Assembly (NCBI GenBank): GCA_038823825.1
Contig: JAWBCC010000002.1
Coordinates: 210,001-242,000, forward strand
Direction of reading: 5' to 3'
DNA length: 32,000 nucleotides
Source of the DNA: Candidatus Hadarchaeales archaeon
Lineage (GTDB): Archaea; Hadarchaeota; Hadarchaeia; Hadarchaeales; Hadarchaeaceae
Part shown: one piece after another, positions 17,455-26,213 of the stretch
How positions within the stretch are numbered: the stretch's first letter is position 1
Layout: each line of letters begins with the position of its first letter
Notes under the pieces: generated by a model
Databases searched by the model: none
Seen by the model: only the letters and a program-made list of their open reading frames with translations
What the model was told of the DNA's origin: nothing
Program-made: the position numbers and the translations under genes

Positions 17455-18774
17455 TCAGTATCCCCCAAGCCAGCACGCTATCTGCTCACCCAAGCCAGCC
17501 ATGTTGAGGAAAATCGGGAAGAAGAAACCCAAAACCAAGTTCAACCTTCTGGTTCTAAACATCGGCGGAATAAGCCCAAGTCCAGTTGTGATCACCAAAA
17601 GTAAAAGACCTGTGGCTCCAGCGAAAATGAAAACTATCGCAAGGATTATCATCATAGCCACAATCGAAATCTTCCTGTAGCTTATTCTTGTGACCATTTT
17701 TGAGAAGACAAACCGCGAAAGCAAGACGAGCAGAATGAATGCGAAGAGGGTGGTGAACGCAATTGTTGCAACGAGAAGCCAGAAATCCGAAGATGATCTT
17801 GGCTGATAGACCATGCTTGTGACCCACGCCATCCCTCCGCGTGTGAGGTGGAGGAGCGGAACCCAAAAGAGGAAGAACGCACCGACGTAGTATGCGAATC
17901 TTCCAGCAGATCCGGAAACCATAAACGAAGTGTCCCCCCTTGTTGACGTAGCATGCCCGGCTAACACTCCCCCAACCCCAGCCGTTATCACGGGCTGGAA
18001 GGCTGCGAAGGTTCCGCCGAGAAAACCGGCCATTGTCCCATGCGCAACTTCCTGCCATCCCGCGTATATCCCAGTCGATTTTGACTGCTCAGGCACCTTG
18101 GGATTCGAGAAGATGTTCATGAGAACCCATGGCATTGCGAAAAATCCGACGAAAACCGGGAGGATGTTCTGGAAGGCTCTGTCAGGGGGCATCACCGGCG
18201 TGTTGAGAACGATGAAGCCCAATATCATCGAGAGGAAAAAGACAAATATCCCGGCAACGAGGCTAGACCAACCATCGGCTAATCTCCCGAGCCTCGTCTT
18301 TTTTCTGCTCCCCCAATCTTTTGGCCATTCAGACATCAAAAGATAAACCACAACCCCAATGAGTATCCACGCGAAGTGTGGTGTGGTTAACCTACGGAAG
18401 ACTTGGAATAAATATGGTGCGGCTGGCGAGATGGCAACGAGAAGGATTGCTGCCCCAATTGCACCAAGCCCAGAAAGAAGGCAAGCTTCCTCTCCCCTAC
18501 CGTATAGCAAATATTTCTGGTTCGGGAAAACCATATAGAAGGTACTGTCGTCTGGCGAACCCATGTATGTTGTTGTTATTATGCCTACAACCGAGTAGGC
18601 TACCAGCATTCCTATGAGAAAGAGCGAAAAAGCTAGAGGATTGAAAGGATACGCAATGTAGATGACGACGGCTAGTCCAGCAAAATTCAATGGATGCAGT
18701 CCCGGCAGGATGGACAAACAGCTCCCGGCGAGAACACCAAGCATACCCCAAAGGAGATAGGCTAAGCTTTCCAT
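17455..18774 (-). CDS. TctA/DUF112-like archaeal membrane permease, standalone
   Basis: 439 aa, about 10 TM; 'GVLAGSCLSILPGLHPLN' and 'GFLGGTFAAFQPVITAGVGGVLAGHAT...GDTSFMVSGSA'. Confidence 0.7.
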   Translation of the reverse strand: MESLAYLLWGMLGVLAGSCLSILPGLHPLNFAGLAVVIYIAYPFNPLAFSLFLIGMLVAYSVVGIITTTYMGSPDDSTFYMVFPNQKYLLYGRGEEACLLSGLGAIGAAILLVAISPAAPYLFQVFRRLTTPHFAWILIGVVVYLLMSEWPKDWGSRKKTRLGRLADGWSSLVAGIFVFFLSMILGFIVLNTPVMPPDRAFQNILPVFVGFFAMPWVLMNIFSNPKVPEQSKSTGIYAGWQEVAHGTMAGFLGGTFAAFQPVITAGVGGVLAGHATSTRGDTSFMVSGSAGRFAYYVGAFFLFWVPLLHLTRGGMAWVTSMVYQPRSSSDFWLLVATIAFTTLFAFILLVLLSRFVFSKMVTRISYRKISIVAMMIILAIVFIFAGATGLLLLVITTGLGLIPPMFRTRRLNLVLGFFFPIFLNMAGLGEQIACWLGGY

Positions 18775-18778
18775 CTTC

Positions 18779-20200
18779 TTACACCCTCCATATGTCTTCT
18801 ATCGAGCAAACATGGAGCACTTTTTCTCCCCCAACCACGGATATTTTTCCAACGGTGTTGATGTTCTCTCCAGCTCTGGGTGGATCCGGCAGTCGCTCAT
18901 AGACGAAGTTTGGAATCAAAACTTTTTGAACCAAACCTGATGGAGATTCGACCATGAGAATTCTGTCGGGTGGGAGAAGACCTTTTTCTCTCGTCGAGAT
19001 CTCGACAATACGACCCGCAACCGTTGCCAAGATGTCGACCTCAAGAGTCTGGAGATTCTCAGCAATGGGAGGCAGAAATTCACCCTCCAAAACATTAGGA
19101 ATTTGTGGCCCGACGAAAGTAACCACAAGCTTACCCTCCCTTTTTTCAACTTTTCCGACGAATTCGATCGAGCTTCCCCTCCTCACAAGCCTCTTCGTTT
19201 CAGGAGGAAGAGTCTGAAAGATTTCCTCTTCTATGTAGGCCTTCGGCATATTTACATTATCCAGCCACAGGATTCTCCTTGTGATCTTTAGACTGGTGGT
19301 GGTACCAACAGCCTCAGAGAGTGTTATTTTTCCAGATGTCTGGATGTAACTTCCGATGAGGTTTTCCGATATCTCAGAGAGTCGGACCAGTTTCGGTTCT
19401 TCTTTTCCCAACACTTCGATATCTGAGAAGAGTCCAACCATGAGCTGAGGTGTCCCCTTGTAGGAAGAAACGCCTCCAGTTATCCTGACTCTATCTAGAA
19501 CTTCCAGCCCGAGCGGTCGTTTTTCAACATAAACTTCGAGACCAAGGGGAACGTAAAGCTGGATTTCAGAGGAACCATCCGAGATGTAATATATGTTTGC
19601 AGAGCCGAGAGCCCGCATAGAGGTTACCACCCCTTCAATCATCACCCTCTTGTAGAGCAGGGCAACATTTCTCAAGACGTCAGAAGGTGTGGAGACGACG
19701 GGTGAAAGGGGCTGGATTTTTATGTCACTGGCGAGGGAAACAGTCATCATCTTATCCCTCTCGGATAAAACTCGCGTTTGACCGAAAATCTTCACCCTGT
19801 CGCCAACACGTGGAATCCTTCTTTCCATGAGTAACTCTTCGAAAGCCGGAGAGTAAACCCTCACCTCTATGGTGGATATCTCTGGATCGGTCGAGCTAAA
19901 GTCTGAGACGGAGAAAGATATGTAGTTTCTCCCATAGAGAGGCCCGGAGGTTACAGTACCCTCAATCAGGTTGTGAGAATAATCCATCCACGTGTCGATC
20001 TGCGAGATGCTTATCGGCTCTTCCCCAGATGCCTTGACGTGCATGAGGAAAGCCCCTACACCAAGCACCGCCAAAATCACACATATAACCCACAAATACA
20101 GAAGCCGGATTTTTCTAGTTGTATCGGTTAGGCAGTGTGGGCACGGAACTTTACCTCCTGTTTCCTTTCCGCAGACCGGGCAGATTTCATTTTTCTTCAA
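18779..20200 (-). CDS. membrane-anchored zinc-ribbon protein with multiple predicted OB-fold-like domains
   Basis: CPVCGKETGGKVPCPHC, one TM segment, then about four beta-rich repeats of the 'G.V.......V.D......V.......GD.V...G' type. TTG start overlaps the upstream stop (TTGA), preceded by GGTGA. Confidence 0.65.
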   Translation of the reverse strand: MKKNEICPVCGKETGGKVPCPHCLTDTTRKIRLLYLWVICVILAVLGVGAFLMHVKASGEEPISISQIDTWMDYSHNLIEGTVTSGPLYGRNYISFSVSDFSSTDPEISTIEVRVYSPAFEELLMERRIPRVGDRVKIFGQTRVLSERDKMMTVSLASDIKIQPLSPVVSTPSDVLRNVALLYKRVMIEGVVTSMRALGSANIYYISDGSSEIQLYVPLGLEVYVEKRPLGLEVLDRVRITGGVSSYKGTPQLMVGLFSDIEVLGKEEPKLVRLSEISENLIGSYIQTSGKITLSEAVGTTTSLKITRRILWLDNVNMPKAYIEEEIFQTLPPETKRLVRRGSSIEFVGKVEKREGKLVVTFVGPQIPNVLEGEFLPPIAENLQTLEVDILATVAGRIVEISTREKGLLPPDRILMVESPSGLVQKVLIPNFVYERLPDPPRAGENINTVGKISVVGGEKVLHVCSIEDIWRV

Positions 20201-21084
20201 GGAATCACCTTTATGTCCTCCCAAGAAGCTACCCAAAGCTGAGGTGTCCCATAGTAGCTTTGAAGAGCCCCGGAAACGGTTATCTTGGCACCAATCGCTG
20301 GGTACGCACCCCCAAACCTCTCGAGGAACTTGGGGATCATGATGTTCATGGACTCCTGCGTTTCGACCTCATACAGCGTCAGATTTTTTGCAAAGCCGAG
20401 GTCGTCTATTGAAATAACTTTTCCTGTGACTTCGAGTCTTTCATACTCCGTGAAGTTTTCCGGGAAGTGAACGACATCATGTATCCTGACTTTCCTACCG
20501 GCCGGACGTTCTATCTTCAAGAAACCTTCAGGATATTGAACGATCAGCATCTGGAACTGGTTGGCTTTATCTCCGACGGCTCTGACCCTTAGGCTTCCTC
20601 TGACCGTCACGATGTCTCCAACAGCTGGGAAAGCCGGAATCGGAGAGCCCTTGGCGAGTCGCTCGCTTTCAAGCCTGATGAGGGCCTTCGTGGTTGCGTC
20701 GTATGCCCTGATGAAAATGCTCGCCTCCGAATTTTCCGGATCGACGAGATACATGCCGAGAAAATTCGTATCCTCGTAAAATTTCACGAAAGTGGCTTTT
20801 CCCGTTAAGACGGCTTGCCCCATGTTCATAAGAGTCGCGTTTTCTTTGAAGAGATCGGATATTGCGATTTGATAAGGCTGTTTTGCGATTATGTGCAATC
20901 CTCTGACGTCCGCGCAGAGGAAAAGAACACCCAAAACGGCGACCGAGAGCCCACCCCACTTGAGCAACCTGAAGGAAAGCCTTTTTGGAACTTTACTTCC
21001 GCAATAGGGACACTTTTCCAGAGTTCCGACGTATCTTTTACAATTTGGGCAAAAGACCTCCTCGGAGGGCCCCACCGGTTTCAT
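20197..21084 (-). CDS. membrane-anchored zinc-ribbon protein with two predicted OB-fold-like domains; paralogue of neighbour
   Basis: CPNCKRYVGTLEKCPYC, TM segment, shared terminal motif 'SYYGTPQLWVASWEDIKV' vs 'SYKGTPQLMVGLFSDIEV'. Confidence 0.65.
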   Translation of the reverse strand: MKPVGPSEEVFCPNCKRYVGTLEKCPYCGSKVPKRLSFRLLKWGGLSVAVLGVLFLCADVRGLHIIAKQPYQIAISDLFKENATLMNMGQAVLTGKATFVKFYEDTNFLGMYLVDPENSEASIFIRAYDATTKALIRLESERLAKGSPIPAFPAVGDIVTVRGSLRVRAVGDKANQFQMLIVQYPEGFLKIERPAGRKVRIHDVVHFPENFTEYERLEVTGKVISIDDLGFAKNLTLYEVETQESMNIMIPKFLERFGGAYPAIGAKITVSGALQSYYGTPQLWVASWEDIKVIP

Positions 21085-21134
21085 GTAAAGCAAACTCTTT
21101 TAGAAGTTCTAACAATAAAAATTTTTTGATTTTT

Positions 21135-21719
21135 GTGCGGGTTGGGGGAATAGACCTCTCGGGAAGTGAGAAGAGACCGACAGGACTGGCATTCCTTGAG
21201 GGTAAAAGATGTTTAACGGCAACGGTTTTCACGGACGATGAGATTCTCGAGCAGTGCTCAAGGCGAAAGGTTTCTCTCATCGCCATAGATGCACCTCTCA
21301 ACTTTCCCAAGGAAGGCAATCTCAGGCTTTGCGATCGCATTTTGATCTCGCGAGGTCTACGCGTCTTTCCGCCGACTTTCGGTGGAATGCGTAAGCTGAC
21401 CGAAAGGGGCATAAGGATTTCCTCCCTCCTTCGTTCCTCGGGCTTTAACGTCATCGAGGTTCATCCGAGAACTTCCGGGATCGTGATTTTCGGCACTCCG
21501 GATAGAGAAAAATGGTTGATGAGACTCAAAAAAGCTGGTTTCAAAATCTCACCGAGTTCTGATCACGAGATCGATGCTATACTTTCCGCTCTCACAGCTT
21601 ACCTCCACTTCAGAGGTTTCACAGAGACCGTCAGCGGTGATGGGGCTATTGTTGTTCCTGGAGAAGCTTCTCAACGAATTTTGCTCCGGACGAGATGCTA
21701 CTCACGGAAACGCCAGTGA
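21135..21719 (+). CDS. DUF429-family protein (predicted RNase H-like fold)
   Basis: 'VGGIDLSGSEKRPTGLAFLEG', 'IAIDAPLNFP', 'DAILSALTAYLHFRG...GDGAIVVPG'; GTG start 21135 preferred. Confidence 0.85.
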   Translation: MRVGGIDLSGSEKRPTGLAFLEGKRCLTATVFTDDEILEQCSRRKVSLIAIDAPLNFPKEGNLRLCDRILISRGLRVFPPTFGGMRKLTERGIRISSLLRSSGFNVIEVHPRTSGIVIFGTPDREKWLMRLKKAGFKISPSSDHEIDAILSALTAYLHFRGFTETVSGDGAIVVPGEASQRILLRTRCYSRKRQ

Positions 21720-22512
21720 TTCTGGATATCCTGCGGATGCTCATTTTTTCTCCAGAAATCTTTGCAGCGAGATATATGATGGCAGCCGAAAGATTGGCCG
21801 GCGGTCTGGCTCTTGCCCTAGGTCCAGATTTCTTGAAAAGTTTCATAGCAATTTCGCTCGTGCTGCCGGAAGCATTCAGTTGTGTGAGAAATCTCCCTAA
21901 ATAATCTTCTACTCCGACTCCGTCTTCTATTTTCATTTCCTTCTTGAAAGCGAAGAGAAACTTGCGGAAGATCTTCTGCACGAGTTTCTTCTCGAACGGG
22001 TGCCTCTGGGCAGCAATCTTGAAAATTTCCTTTTCACTTCTAGGAATCTTTAGCCGCCTGCAGGCGAGGAGAACGACAACCGGAACAACGATTCTGAGAT
22101 CTCTCCCCTTTGTCAGTTTCATGCTCCTCGCCTTCCTGTAGATCACACATGCCTCAACCTTCACGCTTCTTGGAAGAGAGAGGCTTCTGCAGAGATTGTC
22201 GATTTCGATCAGGGCATCCCTCTCCCCACGCTCTTTCCAGTTGGAAACTTTAGAAATCCGGTGTAGATATTTGAGTCTTCGCATCTGCGAGCGGAAGGCC
22301 GGAGAAGGATTATCGGTTTTTCCAATCTCGCTCCCGATTCCCAAGTCATGTCTAGTCTGATCTACCCATGTGATGTTCTCCTCTTCCCACCTTTTTCCAG
22401 AACCTTCAGCCGGCATCCTGTCGTATATCACCAACCCGCAGGAAGTACAGATGAGCTCTCCACGTTCTCTATCATAAAAGATTCCTGCACTTCCGCACGA
22501 CGGACATATCAA
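21646..22512 (-). CDS. tfb: transcription initiation factor B (TFB/TFIIB) paralogue, divergent
   Basis: Zn ribbon 'CPSCGS..IFYDRERGELICTSCGLVI' and two cyclin-like repeats ('RSVKVEACVIYRKA', 'PANLSAAIIYLAAKISGEKMSIRRISRITGVSVSSI'). Confidence 0.88.
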   Translation of the reverse strand: MICPSCGSAGIFYDRERGELICTSCGLVIYDRMPAEGSGKRWEEENITWVDQTRHDLGIGSEIGKTDNPSPAFRSQMRRLKYLHRISKVSNWKERGERDALIEIDNLCRSLSLPRSVKVEACVIYRKARSMKLTKGRDLRIVVPVVVLLACRRLKIPRSEKEIFKIAAQRHPFEKKLVQKIFRKFLFAFKKEMKIEDGVGVEDYLGRFLTQLNASGSTSEIAMKLFKKSGPRARARPPANLSAAIIYLAAKISGEKMSIRRISRITGVSVSSISSGAKFVEKLLQEQQ

Positions 22513-22521
22513 ACAATCACC

Positions 22522-23667
22522 CTAGTGGGTCAAAATTGAAGATATCTCGCTATTGGATAGGATATTCGTCAGCGGGACATGTGGAGTTTCGGCCAGCAGG
22601 ATCTTGACGAAATCTCTAAGAGTGTCCTCATTCTTGCAAACAATCTCCAAGAATCTGGAAACCTTTTTATCCTGCATGGTTCCGAGCCCCCTCCACAACT
22701 TGGAGTATTTCTGTATCTCTTCACCGAGTGTTTTTCTCCACTTCGCGTCATATTCTGAAAGAGCTTCTGAGTCCCCCGCAGCCGCCAGACTGGCAGCATC
22801 GCCAGCCAATCTCCCACATTCGATTTCATACCTTAGGATGTTCACCGCAAGCGGTGGGATTTGTCCTGCAGACTTGCCCGCCGCCAAAATGCCTTTTTCC
22901 CAAAGCTTCGTGAGCGGCCCAGACATGGGTTGAGAGGTTTTAACGCTAACGATCGGCGATGCCCCTTTCAGACAGGGATGTGCAACTCTTCCGATGAATT
23001 CATCCAGCGCTGTTCCGGGATGTATTCTCAGGCCGAGCACACCGGTGGATGCTAAGCCCTCTTCAACGGGGAAAATCCAGCCGAATCCTCCCGGAGCAGA
23101 ATATGAGGATAAATGAATCTCAGCTTTTTCGCAGTTAGCGTTGGCCATTAAGTATTCGCAGCGAAAAGCTAGGTTCTCGCCTGACCATTCGTGACTAGCA
23201 AATTTCTTCATAAAAAGACCAGACCAATCTCCCGAAGATCCTGAGGCATCTATCACTACTTTTGATTTGATTTCCTCGACCCATCCGCCGCCAGCCGCTT
23301 TCACGCCGATAACCCTGCCAAAATCGACTAGCAGATCTTTGACCGGAGCGCTTGTCCAGATTTCTACCCCGGCTTTTGTTGCCTCAACTGCCATACTACG
23401 AAGGAGTTTGGAATAATCGAGAACAGAAAATTTCCCCTCAATTTCAATATTTTTCGAGCTACAAATGATTTTAAGATTTCTCGTCTTGCTGGTGACTGAT
23501 TGTTTGAATTCCTTTGGGACTTTCTCGCAGAGCACATGGTGCGATTGCCAGCCAATCGCAGCTCGCATCTCGAGAAGAAGAACTCTTTGGTTATGCTCAG
23601 CAGCTGTCTTGGCTGCCGAAAGTCCAGTTGCTCCTCCACCTATAACGACTATATCGTATTCTAACAT
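22522..23667 (-). CDS. geranylgeranyl reductase-family FAD-dependent oxidoreductase
   Basis: 'YDIVVIGGGATGLSAAKTAAE', 'VVIDASGSSG', 'GFGWIFPVEEGLASTGV', 'GILAAGKSAGQIPP'. Confidence 0.85.
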   Translation of the reverse strand: MLEYDIVVIGGGATGLSAAKTAAEHNQRVLLLEMRAAIGWQSHHVLCEKVPKEFKQSVTSKTRNLKIICSSKNIEIEGKFSVLDYSKLLRSMAVEATKAGVEIWTSAPVKDLLVDFGRVIGVKAAGGGWVEEIKSKVVIDASGSSGDWSGLFMKKFASHEWSGENLAFRCEYLMANANCEKAEIHLSSYSAPGGFGWIFPVEEGLASTGVLGLRIHPGTALDEFIGRVAHPCLKGASPIVSVKTSQPMSGPLTKLWEKGILAAGKSAGQIPPLAVNILRYEIECGRLAGDAASLAAAGDSEALSEYDAKWRKTLGEEIQKYSKLWRGLGTMQDKKVSRFLEIVCKNEDTLRDFVKILLAETPHVPLTNILSNSEISSILTH

Positions 23668-23671
23668 TGCT

Positions 23672-23694
23672 CTCCTCAGACTTGTTCTGAGGAG
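23672..23694 (-). promoter_or_regulatory. 9-bp perfect inverted repeat overlapping the ribosome-binding site of the geranylgeranyl reductase-family gene
   Basis: CTCCTCAGA-5 nt-TCTGAGGAG; mRNA-sense strand ends ..TCTGAGGAGAGCAATG. Confidence 0.65.
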
Positions 23695-23711
23695 GTTTAA
23701 AAAGCCGAACT

Positions 23712-24494
23712 CTAAGCCTGCGCAGGTTTTTTCTTCCTAAGCAGAGCTGCGGCAACAGCGATACAGATGATTATTACAGCAACTCCGGCGATTATTGGCA
23801 GATTTGACATGGGAGCCGCCGCAACCGTTGGCCAGTCGGGTATGTCTACCGTAGCGGAGAAGCTACCAGTTGCCGGTGCGGTTGCGCTAACAACTACGGG
23901 TGTATCTACATCGATATCGAGCTCGTTGGTCGTTACGTCGAGCTTTCCTCCACCCTTGAGATAGACAGTATTCCCAACCTGACGTTCGACTTCAGGCCTG
24001 TATGTTTTTCCTCCCATCTTGAACTCCACGTAGTTGTCCTTTCGCTCGAACGTCATATTCTTCAGACGCAGCCTGACCCGCAAAGTAACGCTCTCCCCTT
24101 CCACCGGTGGTCTCATCACGTAATTGTCTATTTGTGTGTTCTCGGACAACACTTGGATGACTAGTGCTGTTATGCTTTTTTCATCAGGACTGACCCAAGC
24201 CTCCGAGTATTTTGCGCCCTTTGGTGGATATCTTGGCGTCCACCATCCAGTATAAAGATATTCAGTTGATCCAGTTGGCTGCCACCATTCTCCAACGTTG
24301 AAGCAGTTTGTTCCGGAATAGAAATACGCTCTGACTTCCCACGTCCCTCTGTCGAGCGACATTCCAGGAGGCTTACGCAATGTCACGTGCACAGTGTAGG
24401 TGCCACCAGCCTTGATCTGGTCGGTTGCACTTACTAAGGCAGAGCCCAAGAATAAGAGCAGCAAACTTCCTGCAATGATTCCGGCTTTTTTCAT
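23712..24494 (-). CDS. exported membrane-anchored surface protein, unknown function
   Basis: N-terminal signal-like helix (MKKAGIIAGSLLLLFLGSALVSA), beta-rich domain, C-terminal TM followed by RKKKPAQA. Confidence 0.6.
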   Translation of the reverse strand: MKKAGIIAGSLLLLFLGSALVSATDQIKAGGTYTVHVTLRKPPGMSLDRGTWEVRAYFYSGTNCFNVGEWWQPTGSTEYLYTGWWTPRYPPKGAKYSEAWVSPDEKSITALVIQVLSENTQIDNYVMRPPVEGESVTLRVRLRLKNMTFERKDNYVEFKMGGKTYRPEVERQVGNTVYLKGGGKLDVTTNELDIDVDTPVVVSATAPATGSFSATVDIPDWPTVAAAPMSNLPIIAGVAVIIICIAVAAALLRKKKPAQA

Positions 24495-24600
24495 CCAATC
24501 CAAATAAAATTTTTGCAACGTTTGAGTAATTAAGCCTTATGATGGGAATTTCGGAAATGACTCCAAAAATCCAGTTGGTGGCCAAAATTTTCGTTTATGG

Positions 24601-25365
24601 CTACCCAAACTTTCCTTTTATATAGAATCTGGTTCTTGGATTTCGAGCATTTTTGAATATTCGTCGACTGGTTCCGAATTCTACAAGTTTACCGAGGTAA
24701 AGAAATGCTACATAATCTGAAATTCTTGCCGCCTGCTGTATGTTATGCGTAACTATCACAATCGTATAATTCTTTTTCAAATCGTAGATTAAATTCTCGA
24801 TTTTCCACGTGGAGATGGGATCGAGTGCGGAGCACGGTTCGTCCATGAGAAGAACCTCGGGCTCAACGGCGAGAGCTCTGGCTATGCAGAGTCTCTGTTG
24901 TTGCCCGCCTGAAAGCGCCAAGGCAGGAGAGTCAAGTTTGTTCTTTACTTCATCCCACAAACCGACCTTTTTTAGAACTTCTTCTACTCTTTCATGGATT
25001 TCTTTCCCGCTAAGGCCGCCGTTGATTTTTAATCCGTAGGATACATTTTCGAAAATCGATTTCGGAAACGGATTGGGTTTTTGGAATACTATTCCTATTT
25101 TTTGTCTCAATTCGCTGAGGTCCATCTTCGGAGAGTAGATTGATTTGCCATCTAGCAAGATGTCTCCGCTTACTTTCACGCTGTCAAACATCTCGACCAA
25201 TCGATTGATCGTTTTCAGAAGCGTGGTCTTGCCGCATCCGGATGGGCCGATAATAGCCGTGATTTTATTCTCCGGGATTCTCATGTTTATGTTTTTTAAT
25301 ATCCAGTCCTCACCGAACCAGACGTTCAGATTTTTTATCTTTATTTTGTCTTTCATAATCACCAC
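24601..25365 (-). CDS. pstB: phosphate ABC transporter ATP-binding protein
   Basis: Walker A 'GPSGCGKTT', signature 'LSGGQQQRLCIARALA', 'LLMDEPCSALDP'. Confidence 0.96.
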   Translation of the reverse strand: MVIMKDKIKIKNLNVWFGEDWILKNINMRIPENKITAIIGPSGCGKTTLLKTINRLVEMFDSVKVSGDILLDGKSIYSPKMDLSELRQKIGIVFQKPNPFPKSIFENVSYGLKINGGLSGKEIHERVEEVLKKVGLWDEVKNKLDSPALALSGGQQQRLCIARALAVEPEVLLMDEPCSALDPISTWKIENLIYDLKKNYTIVIVTHNIQQAARISDYVAFLYLGKLVEFGTSRRIFKNARNPRTRFYIKGKFG

Positions 25366-26213
25366 ATCTTCTTTTTACCATAGTGCCACCTTATGATCGA
25401 GGCTCCAAGGTACATCGTAAGCACGAGCATCATCAGAACAAGTGCTGTTCCAAATGCCATTGGTCTGGCAGCCGTTACATCGGGGTGTTCGACGTTAAGC
25501 ACAAAAAGATGATAGGGGAGAGCCATCACAGGTGCAAATATCGAGTTCGGTAGTCCTCTTGTATAAAAAACGGCCCCCGTAAACAGTATGGGTGCAGTCT
25601 CCCCCGCTGCTCTTCCTATACTCAGCATAGTGCCCGTTATCACGCCCGGTAACGCAGCCGGAAGCACGACTCTAAATATCGTCTGCCACTTGGTTGCTCC
25701 AAGCGCAAGACTCGCTTCTCTAAATTCATTTGGAATGCTCTTCAGGGCTTCCATTGAACTTATCGTTATAGTTGGGAGAGTCATAAGGCTTAGCGTGAAG
25801 GCCGCCGATATGAGCGAGACCCCCCAACCCAAGAACTTGACGAAAAAGACCATGCCAAAAATTCCGAAAATGATCGAAGGAATTCCATTCAGATTGTAAA
25901 TGGCGTTGATAATAGTTTCCCTAATTCTTCCTGGTTTCGCGTATTCTACAAGGTAAATTGCAGTCATCAGACCAAGCGGGAATGAGATGGTGACAGCGAG
26001 CGTTACTAGAAGAAGAGTACCGACTATTGCCGGAAAAATGCCGCCCCTCGTCATTCCCTCCCTCGGAAATCCGGTTAGGAATTCCCAACTCAAAACTCCA
26101 ATTCCGTTTGTCGCTATGAAAAACACCACGAGTCCTATGAACCCCAAAACGATCGTTATCGAAAGACGGGCTATCAGAAACGCGATTTTTTGGGAAATTT
26201 TTCTCGAATTCAT
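25359..26213 (-). CDS. pstA: phosphate ABC transporter permease
   Basis: 'IYNLNGIPSIIFGIFGMVFFV', 'REASLALGATKWQTIFRVVLPAALPGVITG', order between pstC and pstB. Confidence 0.95.
   Translation of the reverse strand: MNSRKISQKIAFLIARLSITIVLGFIGLVVFFIATNGIGVLSWEFLTGFPREGMTRGGIFPAIVGTLLLVTLAVTISFPLGLMTAIYLVEYAKPGRIRETIINAIYNLNGIPSIIFGIFGMVFFVKFLGWGVSLISAAFTLSLMTLPTITISSMEALKSIPNEFREASLALGATKWQTIFRVVLPAALPGVITGTMLSIGRAAGETAPILFTGAVFYTRGLPNSIFAPVMALPYHLFVLNVEHPDVTAARPMAFGTALVLMMLVLTMYLGASIIRWHYGKKKMW

Noticed and set aside
17555-18058. 167-aa and 90-aa alternate-frame ORFs in the TctA-like gene
   Set aside because: The main frame is a continuous multi-TM protein with conserved motifs; these lack domain signal.
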